Made by a program: the position numbers and the translations under genes
Shown here: positions 1-15,513 of the stretch, piece after piece
Layout: each line of letters begins with the position of its first letter
Position numbering within the stretch: position 1 is the first letter of the stretch
DNA from: Eledone cirrhosa
Taxonomy: Eukaryota
Direction: 5' to 3'
Assembly: GCA_964016885.1 (NCBI GenBank)
Contig: OZ024762.1
Span: forward strand, 22,258,001-22,322,000
Length of the DNA stretch: 64,000 nt
Notes under the pieces: model-generated
What the model saw: the letters and a program-made list of their open reading frames with translations, nothing else
Told to the model about the DNA's origin: nothing
The model's database searches: none

Positions 1-3
1 AAT

Positions 4-35
<32 letters not shown>

Positions 36-215
36 GTTTCGTGCACAGACACGCAGATATATTGCCCTCTGTATGACAGTGTGGTTTTAGCTCAATGTAG
101 GATAACTGGTATACTACAGAGCCGTTATAAGTTTAGGAATAACCAAAGAGTGCTTAGAAATACATAGTTTTATTAGCTAACAGTGTTTCATCCATACCCT
201 ATGGCCGGAATCATC
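36..215 (-). mobile_element. Penelope-like element (PLE) terminal remnant with 5'-clipped hammerhead and tail hairpin
   Basis: Minus strand reads GATGA-ttcc...tggat-GAAA-cactg-TT, then GCTC-TGTAG...CTACA-TT-GAGC (90-122), and ends in (TA)n. Confidence 0.55.
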
Positions 216-317
216 CTAGTTGTCGAAACGGCCAGAGCTCAGCCGTCGGGGTCCTGACTCTTTTCATATATATATATATCATATCATTTTATATATATAT
301 ATATATATATATCATAT

Positions 318-363
<46 letters not shown>

Positions 364-366
364 TAT

Positions 367-428
<62 letters not shown>

Positions 429-653
429 ATAAAATATATATATATATATGAAAAGAGTCAGGACCCCGACGGCTGAGCTCTGGCCGTTTCGACAACTAGA
501 TCCGAACTGTTCGGATCTAGCTGTCGAAATGGCCGGCGCTCAGCCGTTGGTGTCCTGACTCTTTTCATATTACCCACTCTACTGCCCTAAGTATTGAGTA
601 CTCTGGTGCGGTATGGTCCACCTGGTATCTTAACACACCCTCTTTGTTCTCTG

Positions 654-655
<2 letters not shown>
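216..655. mobile_element. Fold-back family A, three arms (216-266 +, 449-505 -, 507-655 +); putative PLE terminus
   Basis: Inverted repeats around apex tccgaac-t-gttcgga; 3' half of a hammerhead GAAA-CGGC-loop-GCCG-TC; (TA)n flanks. Confidence 0.7.
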
Positions 656-707
<52 letters not shown>

Positions 708-737
708 GTATATATAAATATATATATATATATATAT

Positions 738-927
738 TAAATAAATGGAAACTATATTTATAAAACCATATTTATTTCATTATATATAATGAAATAAATA
801 TGGTTTTATAAATATAGTTTCCATTTATTTAATATTGTAAATATACTCCAAATATTTGTCGAGTGCTTTTATATCAGTTATAAATATTTACTAGTTGTAA
901 CCCAACAATTTTAAATATAACTTTCCA
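738..927 (+). mobile_element. Fold-back family C copy with apex at the hammerhead stem III / cleavage site
   Basis: Near-perfect palindrome 738-833 centred on cattatatataatg; arm and tail match the reverse complement of 55984-56130. Confidence 0.7.
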
Positions 928-938
928 TATATATATAT

Positions 939-1013
<75 letters not shown>

Positions 1014-1016
<3 letters not shown>

Positions 1017-1171
1017 TATCGGAGAAAGCTTTTTAGCGATACTCCGGTCAAATTCCAACTCACTCAACAAACATTAGGAAATAAGTGAGTAGATTCCTAA
1101 TTATGCGTTCGGCGTGCTAACTAAATATATTGTGTGGAATATTGGCTGTATTATTTCATATGAGACATATC

Positions 1172-1236
<65 letters not shown>

Positions 1237-1290
1237 ACAATTGAACAGGAACAAAACAGAGAGGCAGTACGAACAAAGGTTTATTACTTT

Positions 1291-1333
<43 letters not shown>

Positions 1334-1372
1334 GATATGTCTCATATGAAATAATACAGCCAATTTTCCACA
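1014..1372 (-). mobile_element. Fold-back family H, interrupted by (TA)n and a 62-bp insert
   Basis: Inverted arms about 1131-1173 and 1331-1372; long arm homologous to 27665-27822; insert 1232-1293 recurs inverted at about 32300-32360. Confidence 0.5.
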
Positions 1373-1375
1373 ATT

Positions 1376-1434
1376 AGTCCAGAATTAGCCGTCGAAACGG
1401 CTTGAGCTCAGCCATCGGTGTCCTACTCGTTCCT
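1376..1434 (+). mobile_element. Family A short arm
   Basis: gtccagaattagccgtcgaaacggcttgagctcagcc...cgttccta followed by (TA)n. Confidence 0.65.
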
Positions 1435-1458
1435 ATATATATATATATATATATATAA

Positions 1459-1529
<71 letters not shown>

Positions 1530-1532
<3 letters not shown>

Positions 1533-1935
1533 GGTGTTGGCTGCTTAAAGCGTCCGTATGCAGTAGGCCGTATGAGCACTCGATGTTCTCATAGAGCAGA
1601 GTATGATATCACAGAAAGAAAAAAGAGAATCAGTGTTGCGACGAATGGAATTTATTGGACATATTACAATCGTTTCTCTGGCGACCAGCTCGAGGCACGA
1701 TCGATGTGATGATCGAACCTGACTCTGAAAATCGCAAGGTCCTCAGATACGTCTTGATTCTACGAAGCAGATTTTTTTTTTTTTCGTAGAATCAAGACGT
1801 ATCTGAGGACCTTGCGATTTTCAGAATCAGGTTCGATCATCACATCGATCGTGCCTCGAGCTGGTCGCCTGAGAAACGGGGATTCTCTTGCGCCAGAGAA
1901 ACGCAACACTGATTCTCTTTTTTTTTCTGTGATAT
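1530..1935 (-). mobile_element. Fold-back family D (about 160-bp arms, poly-T apex)
   Basis: 1605-1766 is inverted to 1783-1935; the left extension carries an ACTC...TC-GAGTGC hairpin on the minus strand; (TA)n flanks. Confidence 0.65.
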
Positions 1936-1945
1936 ATATATATAT

Positions 1946-2112
1946 AGGAACGAGTAGGACCCCGACGGCTGAGCTCCAGAATTAGCCGTCGAAACGGCTT
2001 GAGCTCAGCCGTCGGGGTCCTACTCGTTCCTATTACCCACTCTACTACCCTAAGTATGGAGTACTTTGGTGCGTTATGGTCCATCTGGTTCCTTACCATA
2101 TTTCCTTCGTTA
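1946..2112 (+). mobile_element. Family A fold-back copy
   Basis: Short inverted arm 1946-1976, then full arm ending ttccttcgtta(TA)n. Confidence 0.7.
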
Positions 2113-2179
2113 TATATATAATATTTGTAAATCGAACTTTAGCTGGAGTACAGCAAGTACAATTACATTTTTGTAGAAG

Positions 2180-3396
2180 TGTTATTGGTGATGCTGGTGG
2201 TAGTGTTGTTGGTGCTGGTTGGTCATTTGGTGATGATGGTTGTGGTGGTGTTAGCGGTGGTGTGGTGGTGTTAGCGGTGGTGGTGTTAGTGGTGGCGGTG
2301 TTAGTGGTGGTGGTGTTAGTGGTGGTGTTAGTGGTGGTAGTCTTAGTGGTGGTGGTGTTATGGTGGTGGTGATGTATTTTTATTAGTTGTTGATTATGTT
2401 ATTTGTCTTTGGTTTGGTTTTCGCTTTTTTATTGATATTTATGTTATTACAGTTATTGTTGTAGCTGTGGTATTTGTCGTTGTTGTTATAGTTGTTGTTG
2501 TTGTTGTTGTTATAGTAGTGGTAGTTGTTGTTGTTATAGCTGTGGTATTTGTCGTTGTTGTTATAGTTGTTGTTATTGTTGTTATAGCTGTGTTATTTGT
2601 CGTTGTTATAGTTGCTGTTGTTGTTGTTTTAGTTGTGGTATATAGTTGTTGATTATATTACATTTTGTTGTTTTTTTTAACAGTATTTTTTTTGTGGCTA
2701 TTTATTATTATTGCATTAGCTGTTATTTTTGTGTTGTTATTGTTATTGTTATTGTTTCTGTTCTTTGCGTGGGATTTGTTTTTTGTTTTTGAAGTGATAA
2801 ATATATATATATATTTATTTTTTCATTAGCCCCCATCTCTAGACCACCACTCAAACCTTTAACCCCCACTCAAGCCCTTTCTTCAGCTACCACTCTCCTC
2901 CCTCTCTCTCTCTCACCCTCTCTTTTTCTCCTCTCCCTCTGTCTCCTCCTCTTTCTCTCTCTTCTCACTCTCTCTCTCTCTTGCCCTCTCTCTTCTCTCT
3001 CTCGCCCTCTCCCTCTCTCTCTCTCCAGCCTCTTAACGACCCGACCTTCCCTCCAGCCCTCTCTCTTACACTCACACTCCCTTCCTATTCCCTAACTAGC
3101 CCTCCCTCAAGCACCTAACGCTCTATCTACAGCCCTCCTTCACACCCTGTTTCCACTCTATCCAGTCTTCCCCCACATCCACCAACCCACCTTCCAGGCC
3201 CTACTCCCACCAGTGCCTCCCCCTCTCTCTCTAACCCTCCTAACACCGCCACTCACTTGCCCACCTTCCCACCCCAACCAACGTCAATTTCTCCAGTCCA
3301 AACTGTCACACACTTAACCAACAGTGCGACCGTCTTCCTCTCTATCTATCTATCTATCTCTCTCTATATATATATATCTATCTATCTATCTATCTG

Positions 3397-3470
<74 letters not shown>

Positions 3471-3587
3471 TTTCTCTATCTATCTATCTATCTATCTATC
3501 TCACTCTCTCTCTCTCTATCTATCTTTCTATCGCTCTCTATCTATCTATCTATCTCCCTCTCTCTCTCGCCCTCTCTCTCTCTCGCC

Positions 3588-3621
<34 letters not shown>

Positions 3622-3720
3622 TTATCTATCTATCTATCTCTGTCTCTATCTATAAATATCTATCTATCTATCTAAAAAAAAAAAAAATAATAATAAAATA
3701 AAATAAAGATATCTATCTAT
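2180..3720. repeat. Low-complexity (GGT/GTT)n, (CT)n and (TCTA)n tracts
   Basis: Direct inspection. Confidence 0.85.
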
Positions 3721-3977
3721 GTATCTCTCTCCCTACCCCCTCCTCCCCCTCTCCCCCTCTCCACCGCCCTCCCACCCCTCTCCACCACCACCCCCACCTA
3801 ACCTAATCTGATAGTGTTGGCCTAACAATAAAACCGTCACAAATGTCACAGACCTTCACTTCCAACAACCATACGTGATGTGAGACCATTCGCCAAGCCC
3901 ACAACCAGCATCTTTGATCTTTATCGATCCTAGTTCGGACATTTGAATAAATTTGAATATCTTGCAAAAATACCTTT

Positions 3978-3978
3978 G

Positions 3979-4010
<32 letters not shown>

Positions 4011-4016
4011 TATATG

Positions 4017-4057
<41 letters not shown>

Positions 4058-4260
4058 ATGTGTATATATATGTATTTATGTATATGTGTGTGTGTGTGTA
4101 TATATATATGTATGTATTTATGTATATGTGTGTGTGTGTGTATATATATATGTATGTATTTATGTATATGTGTGTGTGTGTGTATATATATATGTATGTA
4201 TTTATGTATATGTGTGTGTGTGTGTATATATATATGTATATATGTATGTATTTATGTATA

Positions 4261-4292
<32 letters not shown>

Positions 4293-4316
4293 TATATATG
4301 TATGTATTTATGTATA

Positions 4317-4351
<35 letters not shown>

Positions 4352-4376
4352 GTATATATGTATGTATTTATGTATA

Positions 4377-4411
<35 letters not shown>

Positions 4412-4436
4412 GTATATATGTATGTATTTATGTATA

Positions 4437-4469
<33 letters not shown>

Positions 4470-4494
4470 GTATATATGTATGTATTTATGTATA

Positions 4495-4526
<32 letters not shown>

Positions 4527-5500
4527 TGTATTTATGTATATGTGTGTGTGTGTGTGTGTATATATGTTTGTATATATGTATTTATGTATATATGTATGTA
4601 TTTATGTATATATGTATGTATTTATGTATATATGTATGTATTTATGTGTGTGTGTGTATATATATGTATGTATATATGTATTGATGCATGTATGTATATA
4701 TGTATGTATTTATGTATATATGTATGTATTTATGTATATATGTATGTAGTTATATATGTATGTATATATGTATTTATGCATGTATATATGTATGTATTTA
4801 TGTATATATGTATGTATATATGTATATATGTATGTATTTATGTGTGTGTGTATATATGTATGTATATATGTATTTATGCATGTATGTATATATGTATGTA
4901 TTTATGTATATATGTATGTATTTATGTATATATGTATGTATTTATGTATGTATGTATTTATGTATATATGTATGTATGTGTATATGTATTTATATATATA
5001 TATGTATGTATATATGTATGTATATATATATTTATATATGTATGCATGTATCTATGTACGTATGTATGTGTGTGTATGTATGTATTTATGTATGTATGTA
5101 TATATGTATGTATATATATATATTCATATATGTATGTATGTATTTATGTACGTATGTGTGTGTATTTCTGTATGTATATGTGTGTGAATGTATGTATGTG
5201 TTTATGTATGTATGTATGCATGTATATATATGTATGTTTGTATGTATATATGTATGTATGTATTTATGTATGTATATATGTACTTATGTATGTACCTATG
5301 TGTCTGTATGTATGTATTTATGTATGTATGTTTATATGTATTTATGTATTTGGGTGTATGTGTGTTTGGTTTATGTGAACGTGTTTAATTGCTTGTGTGT
5401 AAATGTGTGTGCATATATATACATATGTGTGTGTATGTATATATATATATATATATACATACATATATATACATATAAACGTTTGGAGTTCGAAAGCCAA

Positions 5501-5549
<49 letters not shown>

Positions 5550-5740
5550 CACACACACACACACATACACACATACATATTTGTGTGTATATGTGTGCGT
5601 GTGTTGCAGCAGGGTGGCGTGTTGATATTTTGATGTGACAGTATGTCCTGGGGAAGGTGTGTGTGTATGTATGTTAAACATATGAATGTAGTGTGTGAGT
5701 GTGAATGTATAAGTATGCGTATACAAGCTGCCTCAACCTT

Positions 5741-5773
<33 letters not shown>

Positions 5774-5860
5774 GTATATGTATGTATGTACATGTATGTA
5801 TGTGTATGTATGTATATATATATGTATATATATATGTATGTATGTATATATGTATATATG

Positions 5861-5891
<31 letters not shown>

Positions 5892-5963
5892 GTATATATG
5901 TATATATGTATATATATATATGTATATATATATGTTATATAGGTATATATACATATATATATG

Positions 5964-5994
<31 letters not shown>

Positions 5995-6258
5995 GTATAT
6001 ATATGTATATATATATGTATGTATATATGTATATATATATATATATGTATATATATATGTTATATAGGTATATATACATATATATATGTATATATATATA
6101 TATATGTATATATATGTATATATATATGTATGTATATATGTATGTATATATATATATATGTATGTATATATGTATGTATATATATATATGTATGTATATA
6201 TGTATGTATATATATATGTATATATATATATGTATGTATGTATATATATGTATATATG

Positions 6259-6289
<31 letters not shown>

Positions 6290-6429
6290 GTATGTATATA
6301 TATATGTATGTATGTATGTATATATATATATATATATGCATGCATTCATCCATGCATACATATATACATGCATATGTGTGTTTGTACATATACATATATA
6401 TACACACTCACACACATATATATATATAC

Positions 6430-6504
<75 letters not shown>

Positions 6505-6540
6505 CATATGCATATATATATACATATATATATATACATA

Positions 6541-6610
<70 letters not shown>

Positions 6611-6963
6611 TGGTCTGTGTATATACATCCGTTTGACCATAGATGTATGTGACAGTGTGTATACATGAGTGTGTATACATTTATAAAAGTGTGTGGTTAC
6701 TGATGTATATTTTATGGGTTAGTATGCGTGTATAACGTGTGTTTGAATTGGCGTCTTCTGATGTATGTATATAGATATATACACATATGTATATGTGTAT
6801 ATAATTTGTGATGTTTATATGTGGGATTGTGTGTTATTGAGGTTATATATTTAATATACATACAGTATTATACACACATACACATATATATATATATATG
6901 TATGTGGGTATGTAGTATTGTATGCACTGGCATATATATATATATATATAGCATATATATATA

Positions 6964-7010
<47 letters not shown>
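3978..7010. repeat. Compound (TA)n/(TG)n/(TATG)n microsatellite field
   Basis: Direct inspection; higher-order units of about 40-60 bp at 4030-4560. Confidence 0.9.
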
Positions 7011-7017
<7 letters not shown>

Positions 7018-7380
7018 CAAAATATAAATGAAAAATATTCTCATCATCAAAATATATACTTTACTATATATATTTCAGAGGTACTGTGTTGTTTTTTCAG
7101 TACGTCCTCATCAGACAAAATATAAATATAATCAAGACCGTAGCGGTATGTCATATATCAAATCATATATTTTGTCTGATGAGGACGTACTGAAAAACCA
7201 ACACAGTACCACTGAAATATATATAATAAAGTATATATTTTGATTATGTGAATATTTTTCATTTGTTAATATTTTGAATAATATTAAAAACTCCAGGAAA
7301 ACTTTTTTGTTGAGTGCTTCTAATCTATTGTAAAATTGTATTCATTGAGTAATCAACGAACCATACTAATCTTTGGTTAT
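7010..7380 (+). mobile_element. Fold-back family B with a hammerhead in each arm
   Basis: 7010-7123 is inverted to 7166-7284; the right arm extends about 95 nt further to (TA)n. Confidence 0.75.
7166..7235 (+). ncRNA. Minimal type I hammerhead ribozyme motif
   Basis: tatattttgt-CTGATGA-ggacGTACTG...CAGTACcact-GAAA-tatata-TA-ataaagtata; stem I about 10 bp including G-U pairs. Confidence 0.75.
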
Positions 7381-7399
7381 ATATATATAAGCATGTATG

Positions 7400-7587
7400 T
7401 ACAAATGCACACACAGGCACATGCACGCTTGTATGTGTCTATGTGTCCGTGTATGTAGGTATATGTGTAAATCACACTATATATATATATATATATTTAC
7501 ATGTGTGTGTGTTTGTGTGTGTGTTTTAGTGTGTGTGTGTGCGTATTAGTAAGATTGTACGTGAAGATGTTTGCAGTTAAAAGACAG

Positions 7588-7638
<51 letters not shown>

Positions 7639-7663
7639 CTATATGTATATATGTATATATGTA

Positions 7664-7718
<55 letters not shown>

Positions 7719-8099
7719 TTATATATACCCACATGAATACATATCTCTACACACGTACAGGAACGCATATATACACACCCGTATGAAAGGTACTCGTATA
7801 TACAGTGCATCTTAATCACCAATATAAGAATGAATAAAAGCAAGCTACAAGTGTATAATGTCGGTATGTGTTCACGTGTATATATTAATGTGTATATGCA
7901 TGTGTAGACACATACACAATCACACACACATGCATGCATAAATACATACCTACATATGCGCATACATACATTCCTACATACATGCATATATGCATACTTA
8001 CATACATACATGAATACAAACATACATACACACATATATATACATAGTGTTGGTCACTCACTTATACACACGCATATATACATATATTACATACACACT

Positions 8100-8153
<54 letters not shown>

Positions 8154-8241
8154 GAGGCAAATAATATGGACGCAATTTCGGTCGTTTTCTCATTCAATTA
8201 ATTCCGTATTATTAAAATTCAAACCCATATATATATATATA

Positions 8242-8300
<59 letters not shown>

Positions 8301-8402
8301 CTATATTTGTTTGGAGAATTAATGTGTGTATATATGTCTTTGTAATCACCTGTAAGTGTATATATATATATATAAATATATATATATACACACATATATA
8401 TA

Positions 8403-8458
<56 letters not shown>

Positions 8459-8584
8459 TCTTAGTGTGTAAATTTCTTGTTTATTTCAAATAAATTAATA
8501 CATATCTTTGTATATATTTAAGCATAGATATAAGTATGTATGTATGTCTTTACGTATTTATATACGTGTGTATATATGTATGCA

Positions 8585-8633
<49 letters not shown>

Positions 8634-8781
8634 ATATATATATATATATATGTTAGTGTATGTGTGTGAGTGTGCAAGTGTGTTGGTCTATAGAGCTAGT
8701 TGATGTGTAAATGTGTATTCAGTATATATAGAGAGATAGATATATATATATATAGAGATAGATAGATACATAGATAGATAG

Positions 8782-8839
<58 letters not shown>

Positions 8840-8923
8840 ATTATTATATTATATTATAGGAACTAAAACACCTGAATCTTTTCATGTGTTTTGGTTCCTA
8901 GTATGTGTGTGTTTATGACTGCC

Positions 8924-8982
<59 letters not shown>

Positions 8983-11009
8983 ATAAGTGTGTCCAGTCAC
9001 TTCTGCACCTTTCTAGTAAGTATGAACGTGTGTGCATGCGTGCTTTTCTGTGTGTGCGAACGTATGTATGTGTACACGTGTGTGTGTATATATATATATA
9101 TGCCAGTATATATATGCGTGTATGTGTATGTAAATTCGTTCGTTTTGCATTTCGTGTGGATGTTTGTGGCGAATGGACGTTTCGCGTATGTGTGTGTGTG
9201 TGTATATGTGTGTGTGTACATTTATGTTACTGTGTATTTGTGTGTATGCATTCATGTGTGTGTGTGTAGATTCATGTGTGTATGTGTGCATGTTTGTGTG
9301 TGTCAATACGTGTGTATGTGTATGCGTGTATGTATGTATATATATATATATGTATGTTTGTATGAATGTATGTGTGTGTTTATGTATGTAGGTATATGCT
9401 TGTGTGTAGATATGTATGCGTGTATGTATGTATATATGTATGTATGTATGTTAGTATGTATGCATATATATGCGTGTATGTATGTATGTATGTATGTATA
9501 TATATTTATATGCGTGTATGTATGTATATATATGTCTGTATGTTTGTATGTATATATGCGTGTATGTATGTATGTATGTTAGTATGTTAGTATGTATATA
9601 TATATGCGTGTATGTATGTATGTTAGTATGTTAGTATGTATATATATATGCGTGTATGTATGTATCAGGTGGGGGGGGGTTACATTTGATTGCTTTTGTT
9701 TGTGTGTATATATTTTTTCCTACATAGTCTGATTGTGTGTGAGAGTGTATATTTTGTTTAGTGTGTTTGCGTATTGATGCTTATTTCTGTATATATGGAT
9801 ATGTGTGTGTGTGTATGTGTATATGTGTATTTATGTTTTTGTGTTTGTGCGTATCTATGCTTATTTCAACATATCTGTATGTATATGTGTGTATATGTAT
9901 ATATATATATATATATGGTCATACATATTTTTTGTGCGTCTGTGCGTATTTATGCTTGTTACTGCGTATCTGTATGTGTGTATATATGTGTATACGTTCT
10001 TGTATACTTTGTGTGTGTCTCCGTATTTGTGTTTCTTTCTACATATCTGTTTGTATGAGTGTGTGTATGTGTGCATATATATTTTATGTATGCGTGTATG
10101 TGTGCATGTATATTATATTATGTGTGTGTGTGTGTGTGTGTGTAAGCTTGTTTCAACATAGACGTATGTATATGTATGTGTGTGTATGTGTATGTGTGCA
10201 TGTATATTATGTGTATGAGTTGTGTATATGTGTGTGAGCTTGTTTCAACATATACGTATGTATATGTATGTGTGTGTATATGTATATTTTGTGTATGTGT
10301 GTGTGTATATGTGTGTATGCTTGTTTCAACATATACGTATGTATGTGGGTGTGTATATGTTTGTGTGCATGTATATGTTGTGTGTGTGTGTGTATGCTTG
10401 TTTCAACACATACGCATATATATGTATATGTGTGTGTATATGTGTATGTGTGCATCTATATTTTGTGTGTATGTATGTGTGTGCATGTGTGTATGCTTGT
10501 TTCAACATATACGTATGTATATATGTGTATGTGTGCATGTGTATTTGGTGTGTGTGTGTGTTTGCATGTGTGTAAGCTTGTTTCAACATATACGTATATA
10601 TCTGTATGTGTGTGTGTATGTGGAAGATGTTTTCTATGTGTTTTCAATGAACTAAGATGGCGGCGACCAAGATAATTTATGCGAGTAATTAGAAAGCGTT
10701 ACGTGACGTAAGAGATTCAGGACGGAGAATGTCGTGACGTAAGCAATGAGGGACTCGAGTTGATGAGTCTCTTGTAGAAGTGATGGTCACGAAACGGTCC
10801 ATTTCTCTTCCTTTTTTTAATATGTATGCATGTATGTATGGATGGATGGATGTTTATATATGTATGTCAATATATATATATATATATATGTTTATATATG
10901 CTTATATATATATATGTCAATATATATATATATATTTATATATATATATGTATGAATATATATATATATGTATGTATTATGTGTATAAATATATATATAT
11001 ATACATTAT

Positions 11010-11051
<42 letters not shown>

Positions 11052-11165
11052 TATATGTGTTTGCATGCATTTAGATATGTATATATTTATGCATATATAT
11101 CTATATATCTATATATATATATATATATACATACATAATATATATATATATACACACAAACACAC

Positions 11166-11235
<70 letters not shown>

Positions 11236-11327
11236 CATAGTTTTCTTGCATATTTTTTCCGTTATTCATTTGGTGTTAAAGGGAAATAGAAAGCAAAATA
11301 CATCAACACAACAACAGCAACAACATT

Positions 11328-11361
<34 letters not shown>

Positions 11362-11759
11362 TAATAAATTAATAGATAAATAAATAAAAAGCAACACTTG
11401 CTAATAACTAGAGATAAAAAGTGCCGAGGGTGGAAATGATACACTCAGGTTTCATTACAATATATATATATATTTATATATATATATACACTGTGTATAT
11501 GTATATATATATATATATATACACTGTGTATATGTATATATATATAAACACACATATATATATATACATGTGTGTATATATATATATACATGTATATATA
11601 TATATATATACACACACATATATATATATACATGTGTATATATATACATGTATATATATATATATGTGTGTGTGTGTTTATATATTGAATATATACATAT
11701 ACACCATGTATATATATATATATATATAAACAGACACACGCACACAAACATATATATAT

Positions 11760-11817
<58 letters not shown>

Positions 11818-12267
11818 CCACACACAAACATGTTGTGCGTGTATTTGTGTGTTGTTTCTGTATGTTTTTGTGTGTGTATGTGCGTGTATACGTGATATGT
11901 GTGCCTGTGTGTGTGACAACTCTACCGTCACCACAATAGCATATACACCCACCCCCACCCCCTCCTTCATCCCAGCCCCACCTCTCAACCATTGTTAACA
12001 ACACAACTAATAAAGTTGTCGGTAAATGGTAAACCACTACAGCAACTAGTTCACTTTCACACACACACGGACACACACACACACACATATATATGCATGT
12101 GTGTATATATATATATGTGTGTGTGTGTGTAATTATGTGTGTATGTTTGTATACGTTTGTATATATATATATTTATATATATAAATATAAATATATACAT
12201 AATTATGTATATATGTTTGTGTATGTTTATATATATATATATATATATGTGTGTATATATATACTGT

Positions 12268-12323
<56 letters not shown>

Positions 12324-12380
12324 ATATATGTATACATATATATATATATACATATACATATATAATTATGTATATGTATA

Positions 12381-12439
<59 letters not shown>

Positions 12440-14412
12440 CCAGGGGGTGTAATAAATGCAATGAAGGAATAATCAATCGTCCTTGTTATCCTTTCAATAT
12501 ATATATATATATATATACATACACACCAATGAAAATCTACATAAAATATATATATAACAATATATACATGAAAAGATCAAAGAAAAGGGAAAGTTAAGGG
12601 AGAAAAAATGGTTGGATTTGATCTCAGATTTCTTGGACAATCACATTGTGTGTGTGTGTGTGTACGTGTGTGTACGAGTGTGTGTGCGTGTGTGTGTGGT
12701 GTGTACGTATGTCTGTGTACGTGTGTGTATACGTATGTGTGTGTACGTGTGTGTACGTATTTGTGTGTACGTATGTGTATGTTCGTACGTGTGTGTACGT
12801 GTGTGTGTGTGTGTACGTGTGTGTACGAGTGTGTGTGCGTGTGTGTGGTGTGTACGTATGTCTGTGTACGTGTGTGTATACGTATGTGTGTGTACGTGTG
12901 TGTACGTATTTGTGTGTACGTATGTGTATGTTCTTACGTGTGTGTGTGTACGTACTTGTGTGTACGTATGTGTATGTTCTTACGTGTGTGTACGTGTGTG
13001 TGTGTACGTACTTGTATGTACGTATGTGTGTGTACGTACGTGTGTGTGTGTTTAGGTGTGTGTGTACGTGTGTCCCTGTGTGCTTGTGTGCTTGTATGTT
13101 TGCTTGTACGTGTGCGTACGTATGTGTGTTTGCTTGTGTATGTGTACGTGTGTCTCTGTGTGCTTGTGTATGTGTACGTATGTGTGTGTGTGTGTGTACG
13201 CAGATGTGTGCATGTGTGCAAACGTGTGTATGTGTGTACGTGTGTGTGTAGCCGTGTGTGTGTTGATAGTTGTGTGTATAGGAGTGTGGCTGTGTATGCG
13301 TGTGCGTATACACATGTGTGTATCCGTGTGTATACGTGTTTGTATGTGTATGTATGTGTATGTCTGGGTGTGTACTTGTGTGCGTACGCGTTTGTGGGTG
13401 CGTTTTCGTACGTATGTATACATTTGTATATATGTGTATGTGTGTGTATATGTGTATGTATCTGTACGTATATATATATATATGTGTGTGTGTATGTGTG
13501 TGTGTAGGTGTGTGTATGAATGTGTACGTGTGTGTGTATGTGTGTACGTGCATATATATGTGTGTATGTATTATGAGTGTATGTATGTGTGTATGTATGT
13601 GTGTATGTGTGTGTATGTATGTTTGTATGTGTGTGTGTATGTGTGTATGTAAGTGTGTATGCGTGTGTGTGTGTGTAAATGTGTGTGTATGTGTGTGTGT
13701 ATGTAAGTGTGTATGTATGTATGTGTGTATGTATGTGTATGTAAGTGTGTATGTGTGTGTATGTGTATGTAAGTGTGTATGTATGTGTGTGTATATGTGC
13801 ATGTGTGTGTTTGTGTATATGTGTGTATGTGTATGTATGTTTGTATGTATGTGTATGTATGTGTATGTAAGTGTGTATGTATGTGTGTATGTGTGTATAT
13901 GGGTGTGTAAGTGTGTATGTATGTATGTGTGTGTGTGTATGTGTATGTAAGTGTGTATTTATGTGTGTATGTGTGTGTATGAAAGTGTGTATGTGTGTGT
14001 ATGTGTGTATGTGTATGTAAGTGTGTATGTATGTGTGTGTATGTGTTTATGTGTGTGTGTATGTAAGTGTGTATGTATGTGTGCGTATGTGTGTATGTGT
14101 GTGTGTGTGTATGTGTGTGTATGTATGTGTATGTAAGTGTGTATGTGTGTGTATATGTGTATGTGTGTGTGTGTGTATGTGTGTGTATGTGTATGTGTGT
14201 GTATGTGTATGTGTATGTATGTGTATGTAAGTGTGTATGTGTGTGTGTATATGTGTATGTGTGTGTGTATGTGTATGTGTGTGTATGTGTATATGTCCTT
14301 CTCCCCCCCCCCACCCCCCACCCTAGTTTTCACAGCATCAACATGGTTTTAATTTGTTACGTCACGTAAGCAAAAATTAGACATGGCCTGTTGGCTATTC
14401 TAGGTATACACT

Positions 14413-14455
<43 letters not shown>

Positions 14456-14467
14456 GTGTGTGTGTGA

Positions 14468-14513
<46 letters not shown>

Positions 14514-14681
14514 TCACACACACACATATATATATATGTGTGTGTGAGTGTATATATATATATATATATATATATACACCCATATATATTTATATATATA
14601 TGTATAAAAATATATATATATATATTCATATATATTTGTGTATATATGTATATATATATATTTATACACACACTATATTTG

Positions 14682-14714
<33 letters not shown>

Positions 14715-15185
14715 ACACAGCGTAGGATGGTAGGTAGGCTGATAAATAGATAGATAGATAGATAGATAGAAAAATAGATAGATAGAAAGAAAAATAGATA
14801 GATATATAGGGTGGGTTGTTATGTATGTAGAGAGGGTGGGGCGGGGGGGGGTAGGCATTAACGTAGGTAATTAGGTAGGTAAGTAGATAGGTAGGTAAGT
14901 ACACAGGTAAATTGGTAGGTTTTTAATCACTGGCTACGGATGATTGAATCCCCACTCTGTTTCCATTTTCTATACAAACGGTCAAAATTACCGTCTGACA
15001 CAAAGAGCAGGTAGATGAGAGTAAGTCATTTGTAGCAGACATCTTTACCTGTTTACCTGTCTGTCTCACCCTCCTTATTCTTATAATCATCATCAATTAT
15101 CTACACCTTTCCAACCCTTCTTTTTGTTCTTGCTTTTAATCTTTCGCGCTGTGCATGTCTCTACCTGTGTGTATGACACACGCAG

Positions 15186-15224
<39 letters not shown>

Positions 15225-15319
15225 TATGTGTGTGTGTGTGTTTGTGTAACGATTAAGACACACCCACGTTTATACATTCACACACATATCACACACATAT
15301 GCATGCATACACACACACA

Positions 15320-15360
<41 letters not shown>

Positions 15361-15468
15361 TTATATATATATACGTATATATATATATATATATGTGTGT
15401 GTGTACATGTATATATATATATACATATACATATATATATAAATAAGTACACACACACACACACACAC

Positions 15469-15513
<45 letters not shown>

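Noticed and set aside
14930-15060. Possible host exons in unique islands (also 3800-3950, 16080-16320, 40560-40800)
   Set aside because: No recognisable protein similarity or consistent splice-site and frame chain could be supported by eye.
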